Shown piece after piece: positions 1 to 9,561 of a DNA stretch of 64,000 nucleotides. The notes under the pieces are model-generated. The model was not told the origin of the DNA and searched no databases. It saw only the letters and a list, made by a program, of their open reading frames with translations. This stretch comes from an uncultured Gemmatimonadales bacterium (GTDB lineage: Bacteria > Gemmatimonadota > Gemmatimonadetes > Gemmatimonadales > Gemmatimonadaceae). The stretch is taken from positions 1,952,001 through 2,016,000 of the forward strand of contig CAWKMU010000003.1 of assembly GCA_963850905.1 (NCBI GenBank), in the 5' to 3' direction. The translations under genes and the position numbers were made by a program. Within the stretch, counting starts at the first letter, position 1, and each line of letters starts with the position of its first letter.

Positions 1-1063
1 AACCCGGCTTCGTCGTCGCCCGATATTGGTTCCGCCACACCCCAACCTTCTCCAACACATCCTCCACGCGAATCCGGCCCATACGCCCCGGCCGCAATTC
101 CATCGACACGGGATAGTCTTCGCCGGGGTCGCCGTACGCGTCGACTACAAGGTCCTGGAAGCGGCGGTAGGGTCCAGTGCGCTTTGGATTGGTGTAGCCG
201 TACAGTCCGATGACGGGTCGTCCGAGCGCCACGGCCATGTGTAATGGGCCGGTGTCGGGTGTCAGCACGAGCGCGGCGCCATCGAGCACGCCAACGAGCC
301 GCCGAAGGCCCAGGCCAAGCGCGGGAACGGCGCACGGCGCGAGACGCGTGATCGTCGCCGCAGCTGCCTGCTCGCGCGCCGAGGTGCCACCGACGAGCAC
401 GGGCGTGAGCCCTGCGTCACGATCCAGCGCGCGCGCAACCTCCGCCCATCGCTCGGACAACCAGTCTTTTTCCGGTTTGCTCGTGGCCACGACGATCGCG
501 GCCACCGGCCGGTCGAACTGCGCGTAGAACCGTCGCTGGTCCTCACGCTCGCCAGGCCAGGGACCCAGATCCCACTGCGGCTCGCCGTGCGGCACCCCTA
601 GCGCGTCGAGAAACTCGAAGTACTGATCCTGCACGTGCTGGCCTGTCGGGTGCGCCGGAATGCGATGCGTCGTGAAGAGCCAGTTCATGTCGCGCGCCCG
701 TGCCCGATCGAAGCCGAGCTTGACCGGTGCGCGCGTGAACCCCGTCACTATTCCTGCTTTGAGATAGACCTGGAGATCGAGCACGGCATCGAACGGGTGG
801 GCAGCCAGCGTCCGACGGACGTCGCGGAATGCGCGCCAGCCCGCCGCGCGCTCGAAGAGGATGATATCATCGACCGCCGGATGCCCTCGAACGAGCGATG
901 CCGGCGCGGGCTGCAACACCCACGTGATGTGGGGCGCGCGTTGGATTCGCTTCAGCGCGGTGATCACCGGCAGGACGTGCACGGCATCGCCCACCGCACT
1001 CATCATCACGATCCCAACGCGATCGAGTCGAGGAGGCCACGGGCCACTTCGACGGGCGCTCAT
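1..1063 (-). CDS. Glycosyltransferase family 9 (LPS heptosyltransferase-like), 3' end runs off the window
   Basis: Not in the ORF track. Manual translation from ATG 1063 gives MSARRSGPWPPRLDRVGIVMMSAVGDAVHVLPVITALKR, the GT9 N-terminal S-x-x-GD motif. ATGA overlap with the upstream kinase stop; the same frame is open at the window start (...VLEKVGVWRNQYRATTKPG). Confidence 0.85.
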   Translation of the reverse strand, partial: MSARRSGPWPPRLDRVGIVMMSAVGDAVHVLPVITALKRIQRAPHITWVLQPAPASLVRGHPAVDDIILFERAAGWRAFRDVRRTLAAHPFDAVLDLQVYLKAGIVTGFTRAPVKLGFDRARARDMNWLFTTHRIPAHPTGQHVQDQYFEFLDALGVPHGEPQWDLGPWPGEREDQRRFYAQFDRPVAAIVVATSKPEKDWLSERWAEVARALDRDAGLTPVLVGGTSAREQAAAATITRLAPCAVPALGLGLRRLVGVLDGAALVLTPDTGPLHMAVALGRPVIGLYGYTNPKRTGPYRRFQDLVVDAYGDPGEDYPVSMELRPGRMGRIRVEDVLEKVGVWRNQYRATTKPG

Positions 1064-1785
1064 CCGACTCCTGTCACGTGCGTCAAAGCAGGCGTGTTGA
1101 GTCCACGTTTCTTCGCGGACCGAATGAGCCGATGCCAATTGGCGTCCACTGCCTCGGTTGCACCAGGGCGGTCCCATCGCACGCGGTCGACGTCGAGAAC
1201 ATGCGCCACGGGAGACGTTGCGTTTGTTTGGTCGATGAGCATGTTCCGGACATTGAGGTCCTCGTGCACGGCACCGAGGCGTCCCAGATCATCGATCAGC
1301 ACGCGGACCGACTCCCACACCGGCGTCGCGTCAGCCTCTGCAGTCAGGTATCTGAGCGCAGTGTAGAGATCCTCCGCATCGGGAACCTCTTGGGTCAGGA
1401 CGTCTACCCGGCGCAGGCCCGGCGCGATGTGATAGCGCACATAAGCCAAAACGTGCGGTGTCGCCACACCGCCAGCCCGTAGACGCGTCGACACGTCGAG
1501 CTCGTATGGGGCGCGTGTCGATCCCCAAAAAATGTCACGAGTGATAGGGGCGAAGAGACCCCCGTGCCTCACCCGGCGCACCACGACCCTCGTATCATGG
1601 ATCGAAATTCCGTACGCGGGGCCGCGCCCCTGAAATTCGCGATGGTCTTTGCGCCCAGCTGCGTACTCGTAGATCGTGCCGTACGCCAACGCTGCCACGA
1701 GTGGCTCGACCAGCGGCTCCCACGCGACGCCGTCGACTCCAGCCAAGCGGATGCGCCGATAGCCTGGTGGTGTCTGCGCCATCAC
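1060..1785 (-). CDS. Lipopolysaccharide/Kdo kinase-like protein (Kdo/WaaP/InaA family)
   Basis: Catalytic-loop-like HEDLNVRNML, DVDR (DFD-like) and RRVRHGG motifs; translationally coupled to the GT9 gene. Confidence 0.75.
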   Translation of the reverse strand: MMAQTPPGYRRIRLAGVDGVAWEPLVEPLVAALAYGTIYEYAAGRKDHREFQGRGPAYGISIHDTRVVVRRVRHGGLFAPITRDIFWGSTRAPYELDVSTRLRAGGVATPHVLAYVRYHIAPGLRRVDVLTQEVPDAEDLYTALRYLTAEADATPVWESVRVLIDDLGRLGAVHEDLNVRNMLIDQTNATSPVAHVLDVDRVRWDRPGATEAVDANWHRLIRSAKKRGLNTPALTHVTGVG

Positions 1786-1879
1786 TCGAATTCGGGTGCG
1801 GACGGCAACAGGGGGCGACGCAATGCGTCGCCCCTACCTGCCACGTGGTTGACTGCGTGCGGACGGCACAGGAAGGCGA

Positions 1880-3625
1880 TTACCGGGCGACCAGATACAC
1901 CGGCACGGGGTGCGTCTTGCCCTTGAGTTCGAGCGGAGGACGTTCCTCGAGGGTCGGAGGCCGCCGCAGCGCACGGCGGATCTCATCGCTCAAGAGGATC
2001 TCACCCGCCTCGGCTGCGGCGCAAAGACGACTCGCGGTGTTGACGGTGTCACCGATGACGGTGAACTCGAGTCGGCGCTCAGAACCAATGTTGCCGGCAA
2101 ACGCCTCGCCGTAGCTGAGGCCAATGCCGATGCCCAGCTCGGGGCGGCCGGCGCCGCGCCACTTGGTATTCAGCGTGTCCAGCGCCCGCATCATCTCGAT
2201 CGCGGCCTGCACCGCACGATCCGCGTCCTCCGGCGTACCGATGGGCGCGCCCCACTGTGCCATGACCGCATCGCCCATGAACTTGTCGAGCGTCCCCCCG
2301 TGACGAAACACGCATTCCACCATCTCGGTGAAGTACTCCGTCAGCAGGCTGGCCATGTCATCGGGATTCATCGCCTCCGAGAGCGCCGTGAAGCCGCGGA
2401 TGTCGCTGAAGAGGACGGCGACCGGCCGCTTGTCGCCCCCAAGCCGCACGGCGCCTGGGGAATCGGCGATGCGTGCCGCGAGATTGGGCGCGAAGTACCG
2501 CTCGAAGTTGCTGCGGACGAGGAGCTCGTGCCGGATGCGCTCGGAGAACTGACCGTTCTCGATCGCGACCGCCGCGATGCTGGCGAACGCCGCCAGGAAC
2601 TCGAGGTCTTCTTCGTCGACCCGATGGGTCGATGTCACGTTGTCGACGTACAGCACCCCCAGGACGCGGCCATCGCTCCCGACCAGTGGCGCGCACATGG
2701 TGGATCGAACTCGCTGCATCAGGATCGATTCCCCGCCAAATCGCAGATCCTCCGGCGCGTTGTCCGACAGGATGGCGACCTTGTCCTGCACCGCCGTTCG
2801 CACGATCGACTGCGGGACCGACCGCTGCGGCGCTGCACCCTGCCGATCCCGCGCGACTTTGGGAACCTGCTCCCCGCGCTCATCGGCCAGCAGCACCGAG
2901 ACATAGTCCACGTCGAAGATCTGCAGACAGAAGCCGGCAATCTTGTCGAGCAGTGAGCCGATGTCGGCAACGCGAGTCAGTCCCTTCGAGACCTCGAGTA
3001 GCACGGCGAGCTTCTGGGCGTTGCGCTCCTGACTGGCACGATCGACGTCGCCGGGGGCCTGGAGAGAGCCCGTTGCTCGTGCCGCCGTCGTGCCCGACGC
3101 CGTCTGGCCACGCAGCGCGGCCGCGAGGCCCTGCGGTCCAGCATCAGGGACCCGCAGCTGTCGGACGATCGTGCCCTCGCTCCGAATGGCGATCGAACCG
3201 ATGGGGGTCGTGCGTGGGGTGGTGCGGGCTCCGGCGATCGGCCCCGTCACGGCGGGTGACTCCGTGGCCGTTCCGCCCGCGCCGGCACCGCGTGCGCTCC
3301 GGCCGCCGCTCGCGCGCGCGGCGACGGGCGTGGTCGTTGCCAACCGCTCGCTCAGGCGAAAGGACACCTTCCCGAATGTGATGACGTCGCCAACGTTGAG
3401 GTGCGATTCCGAAACTCTCGCCCCGTTGACGAAGGTGCCGTTGCTCGACCCGAGGTCGCGCACGTCGATACCATTCTCCTCGTGCGTCACCTGAGCGTGG
3501 CGTCGCGAGATCGTCGGATCGAAGACAGGAATGTCGCTCGTGAGGGCGCGACCGACCACGAGTGAGCTCCCCAACTTCAAGTCGAAGGTCTGTCCTCCCT
3601 CCACGCTCGTCAGCGTATACAGCAT
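1880..3625 (-). CDS. FHA-GAF-class III adenylate cyclase
   Basis: FHA motifs GR...SRRHA...DLGSSNGTFVNG; GAF-like segment STMCAPLVG...GVLYVD; cyclase motifs FSDIRGFT, DKFMGDA, FTVIGDTVNTASRL. Start moved to ATG 3625, just past the trpE stop. Confidence 0.9.
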   Translation of the reverse strand: MLYTLTSVEGGQTFDLKLGSSLVVGRALTSDIPVFDPTISRRHAQVTHEENGIDVRDLGSSNGTFVNGARVSESHLNVGDVITFGKVSFRLSERLATTTPVAARASGGRSARGAGAGGTATESPAVTGPIAGARTTPRTTPIGSIAIRSEGTIVRQLRVPDAGPQGLAAALRGQTASGTTAARATGSLQAPGDVDRASQERNAQKLAVLLEVSKGLTRVADIGSLLDKIAGFCLQIFDVDYVSVLLADERGEQVPKVARDRQGAAPQRSVPQSIVRTAVQDKVAILSDNAPEDLRFGGESILMQRVRSTMCAPLVGSDGRVLGVLYVDNVTSTHRVDEEDLEFLAAFASIAAVAIENGQFSERIRHELLVRSNFERYFAPNLAARIADSPGAVRLGGDKRPVAVLFSDIRGFTALSEAMNPDDMASLLTEYFTEMVECVFRHGGTLDKFMGDAVMAQWGAPIGTPEDADRAVQAAIEMMRALDTLNTKWRGAGRPELGIGIGLSYGEAFAGNIGSERRLEFTVIGDTVNTASRLCAAAEAGEILLSDEIRRALRRPPTLEERPPLELKGKTHPVPVYLVAR

Positions 3626-3630
3626 CGCGG

Positions 3631-5196
3631 TCAGAATATAGAGGCCGGTCTCGAAGACGGCGCCTCTGGCGCGGGGGATGGGCGCCGAGGCAGCAGGGCG
3701 TGCCGGACCTGGCCAATCGCCGCGAGCACCGCGCGCGCCTTGTTCTCGGTCTCTTGCCATTCACGTTCCGGCACCGAGTCGGCCACGATGCCAGCGCCAA
3801 CCCCGACCGAGGCTACGCCCTTGGCGATGACGCAGGTTCGAATCGTGATCGCCAGATCCATCCGTCGGTCCCCCGCGGCGATGTAGCCGACGGCGCCCGC
3901 GTAGGGCCCCCGCCGCTCCGGCTCCAGCCCATCGATGATCTCCATCGCTCGGACCTTGGGAGCACCGGTCATCGTGCCGGCCGGGAAAGTGGCGCGAAAC
4001 GCGTCGATAGCCGATCCATCTGGCGGAATCCGCCCCTCGACCTGACTGACAATGTGCAGGACGTGTGAGTAGCGCTCGACCAGCATCAGTTCGGTCACCG
4101 CCACCGTACCGAACTCCGCGACTCGACCCACATCGTTGCGCCCCAGATCCACCAGCATGACGTGCTCCGCGCGCTCCTTCTCGTCGGCAAGGAGTTCCGT
4201 CGCCAGCGCCTCATCCTCCTCGCGTGTGCGTCCGCGAGGTCGTGTGCCGGCGATCGGGCGGACCGTCACACGCTGGTTCGCGACGCGGACGAGAAGCTCC
4301 GGGGAGCTTCCGACGAGCTCCACGCCGTCGAGCATGAGGTGATACATGTAAGGTGACGGATTGATTGCCCGCAGCGCGCGATAGAGCGCGTCAGATGGAA
4401 AGTCGTGCGCCACGTCAATGCGACGCGCCAACAGCGTCTGGAAGCAGTCGCCCGCCATGATGTACTCGCGGATGCGCGTGACGTCGCGCATAAAGTGCTC
4501 ACGGGCATAATTCGAGTGCCCCTCGGCTGGCGGTGCATGCGGATCCAGGTCGAGTGCCGCCAGGGGTGCCGGCGCGCGCAAACGCGCGAGGGTGCGCTCG
4601 ATCTCGGCGATGGCGCTGTCATGCAGGCGCTCGAGCGCTGCATCGTCCGCACCCCGCGGCACCGCGACACCGACGACGACACGGGCTTGCGCGCGCAGAT
4701 TGTCGATGATGACGACCGCGCGAGTGAAAACGAATAGCGCGTCTGGCACGTCCAGTACCGCTCGCGGTGGCGACGGCAACCGCTCGATGTGCCGCACCAC
4801 GTCATAGGAGAAATAGCCCACGGCGCCGGCCCAAAACTCCCCGAGTTCGGGGACCGAGACCGGTGCGTCTCGGGCAATGAGGCCTTGCAGGTCGGCGAGT
4901 GGGTCGGCCGGCCGGCGATCGGCGTGCCACCCGCGATCGGCCGTCCAGTCCTGGACGGTCCCATCGCGCCGCAGTCGCCACGCCGCACGTGGCTCGGTGC
5001 CCATGAACGTGTAGCGCGACCATGTCTCGCTCCCCGCGGGCGCCGACTCGAGCAGAAACGCAAATGGCGCGCGGCGCAGCTTCGCGAACGCGGACACCGG
5101 CGTATCCGTGTCGAGCAGCGTGTCGCGCCACACGGGCACGAGTCCACCCTGCGCGCGGACGCGATCGGCAAGGGCACGGAAGGGCTCCAGGGTCAT
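3631..5196 (-). CDS. trpE: Anthranilate synthase component I
   Basis: FLLESA, NPSPYMY, RPIAGTRPRG, KERAEHVMLVDLGRND, FPAGTMTGAPKVRAM, YAGAVG, DLAITIRT motifs. Confidence 0.92.
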   Translation of the reverse strand: MTLEPFRALADRVRAQGGLVPVWRDTLLDTDTPVSAFAKLRRAPFAFLLESAPAGSETWSRYTFMGTEPRAAWRLRRDGTVQDWTADRGWHADRRPADPLADLQGLIARDAPVSVPELGEFWAGAVGYFSYDVVRHIERLPSPPRAVLDVPDALFVFTRAVVIIDNLRAQARVVVGVAVPRGADDAALERLHDSAIAEIERTLARLRAPAPLAALDLDPHAPPAEGHSNYAREHFMRDVTRIREYIMAGDCFQTLLARRIDVAHDFPSDALYRALRAINPSPYMYHLMLDGVELVGSSPELLVRVANQRVTVRPIAGTRPRGRTREEDEALATELLADEKERAEHVMLVDLGRNDVGRVAEFGTVAVTELMLVERYSHVLHIVSQVEGRIPPDGSAIDAFRATFPAGTMTGAPKVRAMEIIDGLEPERRGPYAGAVGYIAAGDRRMDLAITIRTCVIAKGVASVGVGAGIVADSVPEREWQETENKARAVLAAIGQVRHALLPRRPSPAPEAPSSRPASIF

Positions 5197-5211
5197 CTAT
5201 ATTTTGCCCTC

Positions 5212-7326
5212 ATGCGTCGCGGGCACTCGGTGTGGCGACAGGTGGCCGTCTGGCTTGCGGGAGGTGCGGCTGCATGGTCAACCTTCGCCCAGCCGGCTCG
5301 AGCCCAGGTAAGCCCCGACCGCTGGAACGACGTACCCGTCCGAGCGCTGGTGGCACTGGCAATCGGTCGCCGGAGCCAGCAGTTCGGCGACAGTGCCCTC
5401 ACCGACTATCAGGCGACGGCGCGCGGCTTCGTCACCTTTCTCGCGCAGGCCGGGCCCGGATTCCCCGATCCACCCAAGGCCGTCAGGGTCGACGAGTTGG
5501 CCGTGGAAGTTTACTGGCGCGCGCCCAACCTCAGCAAGCAGGTGGTGATCGGACGTCGCGACACGTTGCTCCTGCCTGCCGACATTGCCTACTACAGCGA
5601 CCGGTACGGGATCATTCAAAACAACTTCCCTGACTCCATTCGCCTGGGGGAGGGGAACGACGTGCACGATGTGCCGCATCCGTTGTCGAGTCGTGGACCC
5701 GAGGACTACGATTACGCGATCGTCGATTCGTTGCGCATCGGCATCTCCGGCCGTTCGATCGCAGTCTATGACGTCCGCGTGCGGCCGCGCGTGCCGACAG
5801 CGGCGCGCGTTGTCGGCGACCTGTACCTCGACCGCGCGACCGGCGCCCTCGTTCGGATGTCGATCACGTTCACGCGCGCGGCCATCCTCGACAAGCGCAT
5901 CGAGACCCTCGCGGTCACACTCGACAACGCGCTGGTCGATGGGCGGTTCTGGTTGCCGCTCCACCAGGAGCTCGAGGTCGCACGGACGACGACGTGGCTC
6001 GACTATCCCGTTCGGGGAATCATCCGCGGACGCTGGGACATTTGCTGCTATCGGATCAATCGCGGCGTCCCGTACGCGATCTTCGTAGGCCCTCCGATCG
6101 CGTTCGCGCCACCCAGCACGACCGCGCGGTATCCGTGGTCGGGCCGGATCCTCGACTCGCTCCCGAGCGATGTATCCCTCGCAACGCCTGGCGACGTGCG
6201 GCGTGTGGAAGCGGCCGCGCATCAAGTCCTGCGTGACGCGGCCCTCAACCGCGTGCGCGCGATCAGTCTGTCGACGCACAGTGTGTCGGACATCGTCCGG
6301 GTCAATCGCGTCGAGGGACTGGCAGTTGGCGCGGGTGTCACACAGGGCATTGGACCAGATTGGTCGGCCGGGCTGGGGGCTCGCTACGGTCTCTCCAACC
6401 GCCAGGCCAACGGACAAGCGACCCTCACGTGGTCGCCATTGGGCGATCTGAGTCTTGGGGTCCTGGCCTACCGGCAGTTTCGGGACGCTGGTGACGTCGC
6501 CGAGAGCTCGATCCTCGCCAACAGCATCGCGGCGCAAGAGTTCGGAGCGGATGACACGGATCCGTACGATGTTCGCGGGGCCGGCCTCCAGGCGTCCTTT
6601 CGCATCCCGCTCGAGCTACGCTGGCGCTTCGCGATCTCTCGCGAGTCGCAGCGCGCGCTGGCGGTCCACGCCACCCCGGTGTTCAACGCCTACGGTCCCA
6701 CGATCCCCGCACTCGCACTGCAAGCGACCCGCGCGGTGGTGACGGTCGACCGGTCCGACGCTCCGGGCCCGTGGGAGACGGTGTGGCGTGCGCGTCTCGA
6801 GGCCCGCGGCGAATGGTACACGGCGGCCGACACGGCGTTGCCGCGCGCAGTCACCGTGGCCCGGGGATTCCTGGGCATCGACGGAGACCGGCCGTTCGGC
6901 GATAGTCATCTCGTTGCGCGCGCCTCGATTGGAGCGGTAACCGCCGATGGGCCAATCCCCGCCCAGGAGTTCGTCTACGCGGGCGGTCCGACGAGCGGGC
7001 CGGGATACGCCTATCATGCCTTCGTCGGGCGTCTGACTGCCACGCTACGAGGCGAGTGGCAGATGCGCGTGCCCGCGCCGGCGATCCCCCTTGGAAGCCT
7101 CGGCAGCACCCCCCGTCATGTCACCCTTGCCCCCTTTGTGAGCGGCGCCTACGTAAACCAGGCCGCGGCATTTCGTCCGCTCCCGACGGGATGGTATCCG
7201 GCCGTGGGAATGAGCGCGCTCGGATTTTTCGACCTCTTGCAGGTCGAGGTCGGACGCGGCCTGCGGCGGCCGGGCGAATGGACCTTCTGGATCGATGTGA
7301 ACAGAGATTGGTGGGGCGTGCTCTAG
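5212..7326 (+). CDS. Secreted/outer-membrane hypothetical protein with probable C-terminal beta-barrel
   Basis: Signal-peptide-like N-terminus ending AQPARA; RVNRVEGL and alternating beta-strand pattern in the C-terminal half; aromatic C-terminus. Start taken at ATG 5212 to avoid overlap with trpE. Confidence 0.6.
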   Translation: MRRGHSVWRQVAVWLAGGAAAWSTFAQPARAQVSPDRWNDVPVRALVALAIGRRSQQFGDSALTDYQATARGFVTFLAQAGPGFPDPPKAVRVDELAVEVYWRAPNLSKQVVIGRRDTLLLPADIAYYSDRYGIIQNNFPDSIRLGEGNDVHDVPHPLSSRGPEDYDYAIVDSLRIGISGRSIAVYDVRVRPRVPTAARVVGDLYLDRATGALVRMSITFTRAAILDKRIETLAVTLDNALVDGRFWLPLHQELEVARTTTWLDYPVRGIIRGRWDICCYRINRGVPYAIFVGPPIAFAPPSTTARYPWSGRILDSLPSDVSLATPGDVRRVEAAAHQVLRDAALNRVRAISLSTHSVSDIVRVNRVEGLAVGAGVTQGIGPDWSAGLGARYGLSNRQANGQATLTWSPLGDLSLGVLAYRQFRDAGDVAESSILANSIAAQEFGADDTDPYDVRGAGLQASFRIPLELRWRFAISRESQRALAVHATPVFNAYGPTIPALALQATRAVVTVDRSDAPGPWETVWRARLEARGEWYTAADTALPRAVTVARGFLGIDGDRPFGDSHLVARASIGAVTADGPIPAQEFVYAGGPTSGPGYAYHAFVGRLTATLRGEWQMRVPAPAIPLGSLGSTPRHVTLAPFVSGAYVNQAAAFRPLPTGWYPAVGMSALGFFDLLQVEVGRGLRRPGEWTFWIDVNRDWWGVL

Positions 7327-7330
7327 AAGC

Positions 7331-7416
7331 CGGGGTCGGGGTCAGGGGTCGGGATACAAAACGCGGTGAGGGTCGCGGCGCGGCGTAGATGTCCCTGTCT
7401 CCGCGCACCCTCACGC
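7331..7416. repeat. Heptamer-arm hairpin element, one-armed remnant (GGGGTCR class)
   Basis: cggggtcggggtcaggggtcggga followed by imperfect inner stem gtgagggt...accctcac. Confidence 0.5.
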
Positions 7417-7517
7417 GCGATGGGTGTGAGAAGCAGATTGTGGCCTATGAGTATTGGGGGAGCGGGGCCGGCCGTGTCACGCCGGCGCGGGCGTCGTGAC
7501 GCTTGGCGAAGCGTTCG

Positions 7518-7982
7518 ATGACGCCCATCAACGCCGGCGTGGTCGACGTGTATGTCATCCGACCGTACCGGGCCGCTTGGCGGGTGCTCGTGCTGAAGCG
7601 AGCCAAGGACACCCGCTGCCCTGGCTCCTGGGAGACGGTCCATGGCCACATCGAGCCGGGTGAGACCCCCGAACGTGCGGCTATTCGCGAGGTGCGTGAA
7701 GAGACAGCCCTTGCGGTCGATCGCCTGTACAACGTCACGGTGCAACCGTTCTACCTGCACCGCCTCGATACCGTCGAGCTGGCTGTCGTGTTCGCTGCCT
7801 TCGTGCGCGAACCGGGTGCGGTGACGTTGGGTACCGAGCACGACGCGCACGAGTGGCTCCCCGTTGCGATGGCGCGCCGGCGGTTCGTGTGGCCACGGGC
7901 ACGCGCGGCCTTGGACGATATCGTCGAGCTCCTGAAGGGGGGCAATGCGGGGACGGTGGAGGATGTGTTGAGGGTGCTGTAA
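7518..7982 (+). CDS. NUDIX hydrolase (NudB/dATP pyrophosphohydrolase-like)
   Basis: Nudix box GHIEPGETPERAAIREVREET; C-terminal EHDAHEW. Confidence 0.85.
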   Translation: MTPINAGVVDVYVIRPYRAAWRVLVLKRAKDTRCPGSWETVHGHIEPGETPERAAIREVREETALAVDRLYNVTVQPFYLHRLDTVELAVVFAAFVREPGAVTLGTEHDAHEWLPVAMARRRFVWPRARAALDDIVELLKGGNAGTVEDVLRVL

Positions 7983-8105
7983 CGGCAGGGGCCAGGGGTC
8001 AGGGATCAGGGGTCAGGGGAACTAACCTGGGGCCGTTCGATTGTGCTGAGTAATGGGGGTGGTCAGTTTCTTCCTTAGCCCCAGACCCCAGACCCCAGAC
8101 CCCCG
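7980..8105. repeat. Heptamer-arm hairpin element (CAGGGGT)n...(CCCCAGA)n
   Basis: TAACGGC, then caggggc caggggt cagggat caggggt cagggga; right arm ccccagaccccagaccccagacccc. Confidence 0.8.
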
Positions 8106-8114
8106 TAGTTCTCC

Positions 8115-8945
8115 ATGCCTCATCTGCCGCTCAAGCAGTTACCCGACCCTCCGCGCAAAGCGATCGCGGACGAGTGGCTCGAGCGACTCGAGTCGGAGTT
8201 GCAGGATGCGTCCGTCGACCGCGCGACGCTGTGTCGTCGCGTGCTGGTGGACCTCACCTACCCGGAGTACGCGGCCAACTGGGAAACGGCGGTCGCTGAC
8301 CGGAAACTCTCGGCCGGGTTGCGCCTCGCGCTCGCCGCGCTCGATCCGCGCGAGATCACGCTGGAGCCGGAGTACTACGCCGAGTGTGATCAGACGCGGT
8401 TCCAGCGCGTCAAGCCGCTACTCTGGCTGTGGTACTCCTTTGATCGGACGCCGCTGGGAGGCCAGAACGTCGACCTCGGCGTGCGACTCCGTCGGGTGCT
8501 GGCGCCGCACATCTTCAAGCAATGTGGCGAGAAATTCAAGGCGTTTCAGCACGTCGAGTTCTCGTTCGGATACAACATGGATGTCGGCGATAACTGTGTC
8601 GTGCACCGTCACGTCTTGTTGGACGATCGCGGTGGGATCGTGATGGGCAACAACGTGTCGGTCAGCGACTTTGCGAACATCTACAGCCACACGCACAGCA
8701 TCGTCGATCAGCGGGACGTCACCGACGCGGTGACGGTGCTCGAGGACAATGTTCGAATCACGTATCACGCGACAGTGCTCGCCGGCGTGCGCGTGGGCTG
8801 CAACGGCATGGTGGGAGCCCTCGCTGTCGCGACCAAGGACGTACGGCCCTACCACGTGTATGTCGGCATTCCGGCGAAGAGCATTCGCGTGAAGCCAAAT
8901 GCGCCGCAAGACGCGCACAACCTGTGTCTGGACGCTAGACGCTAG
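8115..8945 (+). CDS. Hexapeptide-repeat (left-handed beta-helix) acyltransferase
   Basis: VGDNCVV, MGNNVSV, LEDNVRITYHATVLAGVRVG, VGIPAK. Confidence 0.85.
   Translation: MPHLPLKQLPDPPRKAIADEWLERLESELQDASVDRATLCRRVLVDLTYPEYAANWETAVADRKLSAGLRLALAALDPREITLEPEYYAECDQTRFQRVKPLLWLWYSFDRTPLGGQNVDLGVRLRRVLAPHIFKQCGEKFKAFQHVEFSFGYNMDVGDNCVVHRHVLLDDRGGIVMGNNVSVSDFANIYSHTHSIVDQRDVTDAVTVLEDNVRITYHATVLAGVRVGCNGMVGALAVATKDVRPYHVYVGIPAKSIRVKPNAPQDAHNLCLDARR
8929..8945. repeat. Short (TRGACGC)n heptamer tract supplying the stop codons of two convergent genes
   Basis: tggacgc tagacgc tag; TAG at 8943-8945 (+) and at 8935-8937 (-). Confidence 0.55.
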
Positions 8946-9558
8946 GCCCCTCTACCAGCCCCGCCACCGCACTTGCCAACTCGTCTCGCCCGAGGCCAGT
9001 CGTTGCGCTGAAGGCGATGACCTGGCTCGCGTCGAGGCCTAGTTCCGTGCGAAGCGCTTCGAGGCGCGCGGGCGCGGCCGTGGCCGACAGCTTGTCGACC
9101 TTCGTGAGCACCACGAGCGTCGGTATGGCGATCCCGGCCAGATAGTCCAACATGGCGCGGTCGTCTACGGTCGCCTCGTGGCGAGCATCGATGAGTTGCA
9201 CCACCCCGCGGAGGCTCGGACTGGAAGTGAGGTACGCTTCGATCAGCGGCCGCCACTGCTCGCGGCGCTCCTTGGACACGCGCGCATAACCGTAGCCGGG
9301 CAGGTCCACGAGCACAAACGCGTCATTGACGCGAAAGAAGTTGATCTCCTGCGTGCGGCCCGGTGTGCGGCTCACGCGTGCGAGCGCTCGTCGGCGGACG
9401 AGGCGGTTGAGCAGCGCGGACTTGCCGACATTCGATCGACCGGCAAACGCGACCTCGGGCAGTCCGCTCGGCGGGCGCCACCCTCCGGCCTGGGCCATGC
9501 CCCCCAGGAACTGTAGCGACCGAATGGGAAGGGGATCGATGGACGACACCGCATCCAC
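8935..9558 (-). CDS. engB: Ribosome biogenesis GTPase YihA/YsxC
   Basis: G1 GRSNVGKS, PGRT, G3 DLPGYG, G4 TKVDK; lies downstream of lon. Confidence 0.95.
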   Translation of the reverse strand: MDAVSSIDPLPIRSLQFLGGMAQAGGWRPPSGLPEVAFAGRSNVGKSALLNRLVRRRALARVSRTPGRTQEINFFRVNDAFVLVDLPGYGYARVSKERREQWRPLIEAYLTSSPSLRGVVQLIDARHEATVDDRAMLDYLAGIAIPTLVVLTKVDKLSATAAPARLEALRTELGLDASQVIAFSATTGLGRDELASAVAGLVEGPSV

Positions 9559-9561
9559 GGC

